A stretch of 64,000 nt of DNA, from NCBI GenBank assembly GCA_001662655.1, contig KV460211.1. One strand, given 5' to 3'. Within the stretch, counting starts at the first letter, position 1. The number at the start of each line of letters is the position of its first letter. The notes beneath the pieces are model-generated. The model made no database searches. It saw only the letters and a list, made by a program, of their open reading frames with translations, and was not told the DNA's origin. Positions 11,901 to 22,378 of the stretch are shown here, in pieces. The position numbers and the translations under genes are program-made. The DNA comes from Pseudogymnoascus verrucosus (Eukaryota).

Positions 11901-13151
11901 CGTGCCGACACTATCAATGTGCCCATCGTTATACAACTTCACACCATACCAAAATGTCAGGGCGTAGTCGGCAAAGACGCAGAGAAAGGTTGGACCAAGT
12001 TGGGCACCAAGGAGAGGCGACTGCCTCAATCCTCTTTTCCTTGCTTCACCGACCCAGTAGCCGTGTTTTTTTGAAACGCGCTCCTCAGCACCACAGGCAA
12101 CAATCATTCGAACCGCTCCGATGGCTTCGCTAGCAATAGATGTAGCCTTGCCGTTTGCGTAGTCGACTGCTTTCTGAGACTTTAGCCACACGGGGATGAC
12201 GAAGCCAAATAAGACAATGATACCAAGCAAAACAGAGCTCGTCACCAATGTCAGTTGCCACGAATACTTGAATGCGACGATGAAGGCGCTCAGAATCATT
12301 GCCGAGAATTGCAAGAGGGTACCAAGCTTGTCTGTGATTCCAATCTGGAGGGTATTGGCGCCACCAGTAATCGTCTGGGCAGCAGATCCTGCTGGCAGCT
12401 TGTCCAGCTCCGATATCGACTGGTTGAACAAGGCACGAAGATAGTCTAGCCTGATGGCAGCTGAGAGCCGCGTCCCAACGAATCTGAAGGAAAACTGAAC
12501 GGTGTCAGAATGCAACTTAAAGGGGGAGAACAAGGCATAGCAACCATGGAAATATAAACGAGCACAAATTTTCCTATGAAGAGATAGACAATGTACAATC
12601 TGAGAACCGTTAGCAGTAACCTTGCGATTCAGCGTTAAGAACTTGCGCATTCTTGTTGATCGCCCCAGCCAACACTTTGCTCATGGTAGCCTTATCCATG
12701 CTTGCCGCGTTACTGAAGTCGCCAATTAGATTCCCAAAGACAATATTCATCAACGGCAAGGTCTGATTATTAGCCACATATCTTCACTGCAGAAGGTGTA
12801 CAATCTGAACTTACGATCCCGGCCCCCATGGCTGCCGCAGCTCCAGCAACGAGGAAGACAAAGTCCCACGACTTCCCATAAGAGAATATCCTCTACTCAG
12901 TTTGTCAGTGATGAGATAATCGGGGCTGACGTGGAGCCTACAATGAAATGGGAAAACGAGGCATTGGTATGCTCCTCGTCCTTCTCTTTCTTTAACGCGC
13001 TTTCAACCTCCAGCTCGGTTGCCTCAATGATGGCATCTTGAGCTTCAGCAGGGGCAGCAGGCGCAACAGCTGGCGCGACTACTGGTATTCCCTTTTCGAC
13101 CGCGGAGGGTAGACCAGCGTCGCGTGCCTCCAGCTCTTGTGACGATCCCAT
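8907..13151 (-). CDS. Full-length ABCB (MDR/P-glycoprotein-type) ABC transporter, multi-exon
   Basis: TMD-NBD-TMD-NBD layout. Walker [10 protein letters not shown] and GPSGCGKST, signatures LSGGQRQR and LSGGQKQR, Walker B/D-loop DEATSS, H-loop AHRL. ORFs 12897-13151, 11889-12650, 11187-11888, 10586-11203 and 8907-10616 are linked by short introns. Confidence 0.95.
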
Positions 13152-14052
13152 CTTCCCTATTCTGAAGGGTTGGCGAGTCGGCGTTCACAGGAGGCCGTAG
13201 AGCACTTCACTTCACTATCAAGGCAGACAGCGCTGAATAGCGCAGGGTAATATTAGAATGCCAAGCCGGAATTTGGTGGTCTCCCGTCCAAGATGGTGGC
13301 TGTTTTCTGAGCTGGGCGTCTCAGCCCTTTCACTTATACTCTACCGCCGTTAATTATATACAGTGAAAGATGAAAAGGTAGAGTACGTATGCACTTCGAC
13401 AACGTTGCTAGCGACATATCTACGAAAATTACCACTCACCAGCAACACCCCCCTTCGTTCAGTAACCGAGCGTGCAATGTCCAATATCCACATAAAATGA
13501 CAGCCAAGCTTCGTCTATTTTCGTAAGCTGCCGCTTGTGAGTTCTAGCCGCTTGTAACCCTCGTTTACTCGTATTGCTGCCTAGTTTGCATCGAAGGAGG
13601 TTTCGGAAGAACAGCCATCCGAGTGTGTTAATTTCATCGCCGACTCGCCGACTGACTGTTCCCCCAAGGAGATTTTGGAGATTTGCATCTAAGCAGCGGC
13701 ACATTGCGCCAGATGCAGAATAGTCGCCAAAGCCACCCTTTTCGCACGTGCCTCCAATTGAAACTCGCCAAGTTCTTAAAGAGATTATCATGCCACGTTG
13801 TAGAGTCTCTCTCCAAAGGAGTCAAGGGAGTCTATGGAGTCATATAGTAACCACAGGAATGTTCCAGAATCGCATCGCCATAAAATCACCACAGGACACA
13901 CACACGTACACATAACTCACATCATCATCTTCGAGACTTATACGTACAATGCATTAATTCTACATCGACTGACCGCAAAAACGCCCACCAAACACCACCA
14001 AACTTAGTTCCTGAATATGATACCCATCGCGCACACCACACCCCCCTGACGC

Positions 14053-16272
14053 CTACCTATCCCCCTTCCTGTCTTTGCCCTGTTTCTTCAATGTGAACTC
14101 AGCCAACAAGCTCAAGTGGTCGCTCGGGAAGTGGTAGTTTGGGAAACCGGGCAGCCGCTTCAGATACTCGGGGTCGACTGGCCCCAGGAGGCTAGTAACT
14201 TCCAGCGCATTCGTCGAGTACCAGATGTAGTCCAGAATTCCAGTGTATCCCGGCGTGTAGTTCGTGAACGTTAGCGCCTCGGGCGTGCCGTCTAGGTTTG
14301 CATACGACGAGCGCAGGGAGAATGGATGCTGCATGCCATCACGTGTAAAGTTTCCGTACTGGTAATCGCGCATTTCCTTGTGGTTTGGCTCAAGGGAGCC
14401 GTGTGCGAGCAGTTCGTAGACGGCCGAGTCTGGAGTGGAGTTGAAGTCGCCACAGACAAGCAGCGGCAGCTGGGTGTTGGTGTATTCCATCGACGGTGCT
14501 GGCTCGCCTTGGTCGTCGTTGTCCATGCCATATGCCTTCTTGTCCTTGCAGGCTGGCCACCTGGCATATTTATCGGTCAGCTTTGTCACGTACTCCATGA
14601 GAATCGCCGTCTGGATGATCTTGACGTCGGAAAAGGCCAAGTCCCAGTAGATGTGCACGTTGACAACAACCACGCGCGCCCCGGTGAGTCTATTTTCGAA
14701 GAATGTGACAACGGAGATGTTGTCTCTTGGCATGACACGGTTGAAAATGTCATGCTGGTTCTTCATATCAGGCCGGTTGATTGCGATGTTGGCGAAATCG
14801 ATGAGCTGTTTGTCAAGCAGGATCCACTTGTTGCCTTTGTAAAAGGTGGCGCATCCATCAACTACCTTGGCGTCCTTCTCCGACATCGTTCTCGCTCTCG
14901 ACTTTGGCCAGAATACGCCCTTGTAGCCGTTGTACGCCAGCTTCATGCTGAAGAACTCCTTGAAGCTGTCATTATCAACTTCCTGGAGAGTTATGAAATC
15001 GGCATCTGATGCTTGGACTTCTTGTAGGATCTGCTCCTTGCGGTATTCCCAGCTCAATGCTTCCGACGGAGTATAACCGTACATTTGCTCTGTGGCCATC
15101 TTGAAGCAGAGCGTATTGTACGAGAATACCTTGATATGTTCTTCAGACTCCGATGCTTCTTGGAGCTCTAACATCACTCGTGGGGGTGGGGGCATGGGGA
15201 CTGACTTAATTAGCACGACCCAACACATCATTCGTCATAACAACTCACCAGGTGCAGTCTCTCTCAGGTGGAGGACCAGAGCCTTCGTGCCATTCTCCAT
15301 AATCTCTCGCTTCAAGCCAACGTCCAGGGGATTCCCTTCTATTCCCAGCATCTCCAGATGATACAGCGAACCGAGTTCGTTTGGTAGCGTCCTGAGGTCG
15401 TTGTCAAAGAGGAGAAGGTGCTTCAGGTAGACGCACATGCCAAGCTCGGGAGGTAGATCCGACAATTGGTTATTTGACGCGTCCAGGTACCTGAGCTGGC
15501 GTAGTTTTCCAATTGAGGCTGGGATGTGGGTGATCTTGTTTGACGCAATATAAAGCTCATTTAAAAAGGTGTACGCAAACAGTGGCGGGGTCAGCACTCT
15601 TAGGCCTTGGCCGCTGATGTCCATATTGTGCCAATCTTGCCTCCTGATGGGGCCATCCTGATTTGACGGCCGGCCTCTGTCCTCGGTATCCTCATTTGCT
15701 GCGGGTTCAGCGGCTATGCTCCGATTCTCGTGCCCCTTTGTCCTCGCATAGTAGTTCGGCGCATGCTGCTCGAGCATTATGTTATGTGCCCGCTCAGTCT
15801 CCTTGTATGCCTTCAATTGCTCCGCCCAATGTTCAGTTATTTGTGTCTGCGCGCCTCTTTGGGGCGTGACGTGGCCAGTCTGGTTTGCTGGTGTAAAGTT
15901 TGGTGTAGAGTTGGATAGGACCCCCGATGAATACGCGGTATGGTGGGCCACATTTCCATTCGTGTGCGTATGATCTTGGTGGTGTTGTGTATGGGTTTGT
16001 TGGTGGGAAGTCTGGTGCTGGAAGTTGTACATTATGGGCAGTCGGTTGCCCGTGGTCGGCCGGCCATGCTGGCCTGGCTGATGGCCCTGGTTAAACATGC
16101 TGTACAGCCGTTCTGCTGAGGACTGTGGTGGCGATGGTGGGGATTGGTCGTCTGATATGAATGTGGCTCTGTTCGGCGGAGACGGGTTTCGCGTGTGCCT
16201 CGCCAGCTGATGTTGTGTATGGGGATAGTAGCTTCCTGCACTCGCCTGCGGAAACCTGTAACCATCGGCCAT
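14053..16272 (-). CDS. ccr4: Ccr4 deadenylase (LRR + EEP nuclease domain) of the Ccr4-Not complex, 1 intron
   Basis: Q/H-rich N-terminus; LRRs ([28 protein letters not shown]); EEP motifs SYNTLC, ITLQEV, CGDFNS, DYIWYS and FPSDH. Intron ~15201-15249. Confidence 0.95.
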
Positions 16273-17161
16273 CTAAATACGCTGCGGTCTAGGTGATGGT
16301 CGCGGGCAGCACTCAGCGTGCTTTCGATATGGGTGGTCGGGTGCGTCGTGTTCTTCTTTCCAGGCACATAGGTATCCGTATGGCAGTTGCGATAATGCAG
16401 AGAGATGTCGCTAGATGGTCTTAGATAGGTCTATTCACGTAGGTGAAATGCGAGTATCTGGTGCCTGAGATTGGACACGTTGGGTCAGGTCAATCGTGCG
16501 TCATGCTACACCTGGGAGTCAGCAAGGTTCGACGGCGCGCGCATACACCAGGAGATATAAGCTTCCTCCAAGGCTCCCCAGCGCGAGCCCCACTGATATC
16601 AAGGGATTCCAAACGCACCGTACTGCGAGAGCATACTGCAATCCAGGTGAACACAATCTGGCAGGCAACCTCTTGTCTCGGGGGGTCTGTTGCTTTCTAG
16701 GTTCAGAGGACGTTGACTGTGGATGGGAGGACGACTTGTCGATTGCAAGCTAGAGATCTACTCTATCGGGGATCTTACACGCGATCTGGAATAGCGCCAC
16801 AATCACGGGACGAGCGAGGTTGGGCTACTGTGAGGTGAGCAGAAGCGAAAGAGACCAGGCACAACCACAAATACAAGGTTGCAAAGAACCTCTCCCCCGC
16901 ACACATGGGAAATACGGAATCCTTAGGGAGATGGCGACGGCGACTACTACTGCCGTACTTCCATTTCCTAGATATTCCATATATATCCTATAAAATATCG
17001 CGTCTCTGAACATATATATCCATATATATCCATATATATCACCCCATAACACCTCTATAAAATCTACCATCTCACCCACCCAACCAAATCCCGTGTTTCA
17101 TAACCTGCAACAAACCACTGTCCGCTCCACACATGTTGTCAACAGTGGCACAGCCGACCGA

Positions 17162-18706
17162 ATGGGGGACTCGTCACCTCGATTAGACAAGCTCCACTCC
17201 ATCACCAACAGCACCAACAGCAACAACAGCGCCAACAGCTCGACAGATTCCAAAACTTCCTCCCTTCAAACCCATTCTCAAGCCAGACCTCGCAAGATAC
17301 AAAGACGGCCGTCACTCAGCACTCAGTTCGCGTCGGCGTATGTGGTTGGCCCTGGAACCGCAGTTCTGGATCGACATTTGTATAGCCTGCAGCCGACCCA
17401 GCGCGTGCAGACACATCATGGGAGAGCTCAGAGTTTATCGAGTACCAGCCTCACAAATTCAAGTACGAATACTCCGTCACTGCTAGGCGGCGCCCCAGCA
17501 AAGAACGACTATGTTCAACGCCCCTTCACCATGCGTAACAGCCGGCGATATCTCGCCGATCCAACTCTGCGGTACCCCCTACCTGTGGACCTTCCAGAAA
17601 TGCACCGCCAGGTCCTACGCACCATGCTTCTCGTAAATGTGTTTGGCGGGCCCGTCTGTTCACCAAACTTCCGGAACACCCCTCCCAAGAAGGTTCTCGA
17701 GGTCGGATGTGGGAATGGTTACTGGAGTGCGTTGTGCCACAAGCACTTTGCCCGACAAGGCCACAGCGTCTCCTTCACAGGCATCGATATTGCCCCTCTA
17801 TCGGCCGATAACAGCACGAACGGAATGAAATGGCGATTTGTCCAACACGATTTACGAATATTACCGACTCCATTCCAGGATGAGGAGTTTGACCTTGTCA
17901 TGGTCAAGGATCTAAGCATGATCTCATCGCAACTAAGCATGACGGCGAACCTCATGGACGAATACCTACGGATACTACGCCCTGGTGGCGCAATCGAGGT
18001 GTGGGATGGAGACCACACGATCCGCATGGTACTATCACATAACCCAACGCTTGCATCCCAGGATAGCGATAGCGAGGACGAGGAGACGGCACAAGCGGAG
18101 GGAACTGGTACATATATATTGACGGCTCAGACGCCATTTACGGAAGCGCAAAATCCATATCTGACCGAATACAATACTTGGCTTACAAAGGCCTTCGACG
18201 CCAGAGGGCTCTCGGCGATACCATGCACAAGCATGGCATCGCTGCTTCTCCAGGAGCCAGAGTTGGCGGACATTGAGTCCCGCAGACTAGCTATTCCTCT
18301 CGGCGAGGTCCGATGGGAGCGCGCTGGCACCGAGGGTTCCTCCAAAGGAAAGGAGGCGGATTCGGGCAAAAAGGTCCTCACAACTGGCCAAACAGCCCTT
18401 CGGCACACAGCTCTCCTAACCTTGGTCCAATACATGGAGAGTCTGGAGCCATTCTTACGGGAAGCGAGCGGGAAGAGTCAGGACGAATGGGACCGGTGGT
18501 ATGGCGACATGATGAATGACCTTCTGCTCCAAAATGGAACGTCATGGGGCGAGTGTTTGGAGGTCGGTGCCTGGTGGGCGACGAAGAGGGACATGCCGAA
18601 GTCGAAGTCAAAGCCTGCCGACGAGAAACCAGACAAGCCCATGCCGTACCCGCCAGATCCACATCCTGGGAATGAGTGGAAGATACCTCACATGGAGCTG
18701 CTGTGA
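17162..18706 (+). CDS. Class I SAM-dependent methyltransferase-like protein
   Basis: Motif I KVLEVGCGNGYW, motif II FTGIDIAP, and FDLVMVK..ILRPGGAIEVWD. Ser-rich N-terminal extension; first ATG at 17162. Confidence 0.85.
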   Translation: MGDSSPRLDKLHSITNSTNSNNSANSSTDSKTSSLQTHSQARPRKIQRRPSLSTQFASAYVVGPGTAVLDRHLYSLQPTQRVQTHHGRAQSLSSTSLTNSSTNTPSLLGGAPAKNDYVQRPFTMRNSRRYLADPTLRYPLPVDLPEMHRQVLRTMLLVNVFGGPVCSPNFRNTPPKKVLEVGCGNGYWSALCHKHFARQGHSVSFTGIDIAPLSADNSTNGMKWRFVQHDLRILPTPFQDEEFDLVMVKDLSMISSQLSMTANLMDEYLRILRPGGAIEVWDGDHTIRMVLSHNPTLASQDSDSEDEETAQAEGTGTYILTAQTPFTEAQNPYLTEYNTWLTKAFDARGLSAIPCTSMASLLLQEPELADIESRRLAIPLGEVRWERAGTEGSSKGKEADSGKKVLTTGQTALRHTALLTLVQYMESLEPFLREASGKSQDEWDRWYGDMMNDLLLQNGTSWGECLEVGAWWATKRDMPKSKSKPADEKPDKPMPYPPDPHPGNEWKIPHMELL

Positions 18707-18835
18707 GTCTTGATTGTCCGATTGTCATTTCATACGACGCAAACGACCATGGGCATGGGCGTGGCGTTTCATGTTTTGAGGATGAGCAATTGATAACCCA
18801 TATTTTAGTGCCAGTGCCACCCCACCATGGCCCTT

Positions 18836-19264
18836 TCACGGCTTATAATAGCTTTGACGCAGTGATCTGTACTTCTTCAGATAGTATCTGCATATATATT
18901 TAGCGATGTTTTTTACCCAGGTATAGGGTGGTGTATGGACGAACAATGCTTCGATCTCTGCGGCGCAGATTAGTTTTGTTCTTGAAAAGCAAACATTAAA
19001 TCGGATCGTACCTTTTTGCACAAAATATGCCCTGTCAAGTGCCTTTCGAATCTCTGCCTCGTCCGTCAACCCAGCCTGACTAGAGAATGCCTTGTGCAGC
19101 TTGGGCCTAAAGTAGCTGTAGCCAAGGGGATAGTCCTTTCCTAGGTTTAAAAGCTCTGTATGGCAATTTAGCATAGCTCACATATGCCACGTAGAAAACC
19201 ACAGCATCATACCCTTATACACCGCAATCACCTCCCTCCTCAGTCCATCTTTCACGGCGGTCAT
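18836..19264 (-). CDS. LYR-motif mitochondrial protein (LYRM5/ETFRF1-like), 3 introns
   Basis: Spliced product [68 protein letters not shown], with GT-AG introns that restore the frame. Confidence 0.85.
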
Positions 19265-19605
19265 ATCAACCAGCTTAACCGGAGCAAGTGAGGTATCTTC
19301 TCTAGATATTTAGAGGTTGTCAGACAAGTCAGTGGCTCGATTGTGAGGTATTGCACCATGAAGAGCTTCAGAAGTTGTCGGGTATAGTGGATCGAGTAGC
19401 TCCGGTAAGCCGTAGCGGCACGTCATGGCCTCGTACCTTGGTCCGTGCGGGTGTCTCTTTACGCGGGGTTGGAGCGATGGTGACGGGTACCCACGGCGAC
19501 TATCTCGGCATCTCAGGCGGCCAAATCGATATAATATACAGCAGTTATTGCATATTCTCCATAGGTTTTGCTTATGTTTAGATGACGCCTGTCTGAAGCA
19601 CCGCC

Positions 19606-20607
19606 ATGATAGCAGCCAGCGTCCTCACCGGACGAGCACGAACGCTTCAATGCCTCTCCCAATCCCGGGTTGCACGCTCAATACCTTCCACCGCTAGAGC
19701 TTCGAGTCGGCCTTCCAGCAGCGATGCGGCAGCGCATTTGAAGGGCCCTGCGCTGCCTGCGCTATCTCCAAAATGGCTCTCCGATACAAAGCTACGAATC
19801 GGCAAATGCCTGACATTTGGTATGAATGCAGAGCAGGTGCAGCAAGCGGCTAAGATATGCAAAATACTGGGACAGGAATGGAAGGAGCTCCTCGCAGGAA
19901 GCGAAGGGTTCTTGACCGACGAGAAGAGAGCTGGCCTGCTCGGACACAGGGTTTCCTGGGGTGAGTTGGATAGCATGGTCAGTCTGCCCATCTACGGTGA
20001 AGAATTGGTACTAACGTGATTCCACTACAGGGCCATGTGAATAACGTCATATATATACGATACGCAGAGACTGCGAGGGTAAACTGGGCCTGCAATATTG
20101 CTATGCACTTAGATCCGGAGCATAAGCGGGAATGGATGGAGATGTGCACGCCGCTAGGAGATGGGATGATTCTGAAAAGTATCAAGACAGACTACAAATT
20201 CGTACGTGCCACCCCACCTCTTATCGAACAGGTTCTTTTCCAGTCGCTAATACAGATGATAGCCCATGGCATGGCCTGATAAGGTGTCCGTCTTTCACAA
20301 ACTTCGTAAGATTCCAAAGGAGGGTGAGTCGTCGTTTGTCCTGGACGCCATGATATTGTCGGAAAGAGAACAGAGGCCGGCGGCAAGATGTCTAGAGGAT
20401 ATCGTGGTGTACGATTACCGCGTGGGTAAGAAGATCGCTCTCCGGCCGTTCATGTTGGACGGATTTGAGAAGATCTACCGGGAGCAGGAAGAGGCGCGTG
20501 AGAAGAACACAAGGCGAGTGCTTCAGATATTAGAAGACGTGAGGCAGATGGAGAAGGACTCCTGGGACAGAGCCGATGCAAAGGAGGACTTGGGTGGAAG
20601 AACGTAA
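19606..20607 (+). CDS. Hotdog-fold acyl-CoA thioesterase (4HBT-like), probably mitochondrial, 2 introns
   Basis: Arg/Ser-rich presequence; VSWGELDSM|GHVNNVIYIRYAETARVNW; ILKSIKTDYKF|PMAWPDKVSVFHKL; EDIVVYDY. Confidence 0.85.
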
Positions 20608-22378
20608 GGCTATTAGATATTATGACATGCACATACATTTTGCCTACCTTGCTCTCTCTGCTATGCATACCTACCTACCAATGAACAGCCTCGGCCTTGG
20701 GTGCCGTCCTCCCGGACAACAGTCATCAAAGTATGGTCGTGCTCCGGCCTTCCTCCGACTGGGGTTTGAAACGTTGGAGACAACTGATGGAGGAAGCTGG
20801 AAGGTCGTTGGTGACCTACCCAATGAGAGTGTTTGGTCACACATAGTTAGGCTTGTGGGCATCTCAAAAACAAGCACAGCGATCGACATCACATGCCCGA
20901 AACAGCCTATGAGATTCGATGGATATTCAGCATTATAGGACTGGCCACGGTAATCTTCACCGCCTGATCGCTCAAACAGGAGCTTCATAGGTCAGGGAGC
21001 GAATCACAGGCAGAACGTCGAAACTCATTATGCCCTATACGGCACAAATGCCGAGCATTGCCGGCGCGATGAGTTTCCACTTGTGGAAACCATACCACGA
21101 AGTATGGTAGCCATAGATACGCCTTCGACTTTGTGAGGTGTGGAAGAGATATGGCGAGCAAGTCGATGACGGCGAACATGCAGGATGGTGAGGGGGAAAA
21201 CTCGCGCATGTACGGCATCGACGATGGTCTTCGCGGCGTTGATGCTCCAGCCAGTCGTGTGCACAGACCGACAGGCTACTCTATCCGACCAAAGTACCAG
21301 CACGGAATAGATTCGGCACCGCACAGTAACAACGTTACAGTGCATATGATATTCAATACATGGAGTATCTGTATGGCCATTTGGAAGACAGCCGGCACAT
21401 GCGCATGGCCATCCAGAGCACTCTTCTGTACTTATCTCTACGTGCAACCATCACCACCAACATCCTGGAGAACGCCTTTCGGTACTTGGAAGGTCGGATG
21501 CAGCCAATTCCCGGAGAGGACCCTGAGCTAGAATATGCGGGCGCCGTTGATGACTGAGATGGTGTGCACAGCGCTGTTTGGCACTGGATGGTTCTCCGCC
21601 CGGGGGGTTCCCCTTATTCTGCTTTAAGCACGGAGGTACAGACGGCACTGGCACTGCACCGGCGCAAAAGAAATACTTGGAAAGTAGTACTGTACTCCGT
21701 GCGGGCAGTACTACGGACAGTACTACTGCGGACAAACTACCGTGGAAAGATATCGGCATCAGAAGCAAGGAACCTCTCCTCTCGATCGCCAGTCCCTGAA
21801 GAACATCTCCAAATCCTCTTCTACTCCAAGGGTTGCGCTGTCATACCCGGCAGTCGCTGGTTGTTTCCTCCCGTCCTGTCTGCCGGCGTACTACTCCCAC
21901 CCGTAAAAAGATTTAAGATTTTCTCGCCAGAACGCTCGGAAGGCCCATAACATTAAAAAAGCCTTCGCTTGGCGCCGAAATAACCCAGACACACCCAGAA
22001 TAGCGTCGCCCACCACTCCGATACGCTACTTTTCCCATGCTGACTCAGCATTAAAACGGCTCCCGCTTCGGTGTGCGCTACTCAAACCACCGATTGCTGA
22101 ATCTTACCAGACTTTCAAACAAACCTCCCCCGAATCTTCAGCTAGGGACCACACGTCCTTACCCGCCAGATCAACCACGTTCGCTCCTCGCGAACCTCAC
22201 AACTCCATCCAACTCTACGCTCCATCCGCCGCATTCATCCGAAAACAACTGCCGGTCGTTCCAACCAAACCCCTTCATCTTGGCTACCTTACGACATTGG
22301 GTCTGGGACCGCCACCAGACTGAGTGCGCCCTGCAGCTTTGAGCTGGCTCAGGAAACGTCTGGGTCAGCAGAGGACGT

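Noticed and set aside
4012..18706. Transporters + oxidoreductase + methyltransferase as a secondary-metabolite cluster
   Set aside because: There is no PKS, NRPS or terpene backbone gene, and ccr4 interrupts the set.
20671..21950. Short ORFs between the thioesterase and acrB (e.g. 21360-21557 MEYLYGHLED..)
   Set aside because: No recognisable domain or consistent splice model. A decayed gene cannot be excluded but is unsupported.
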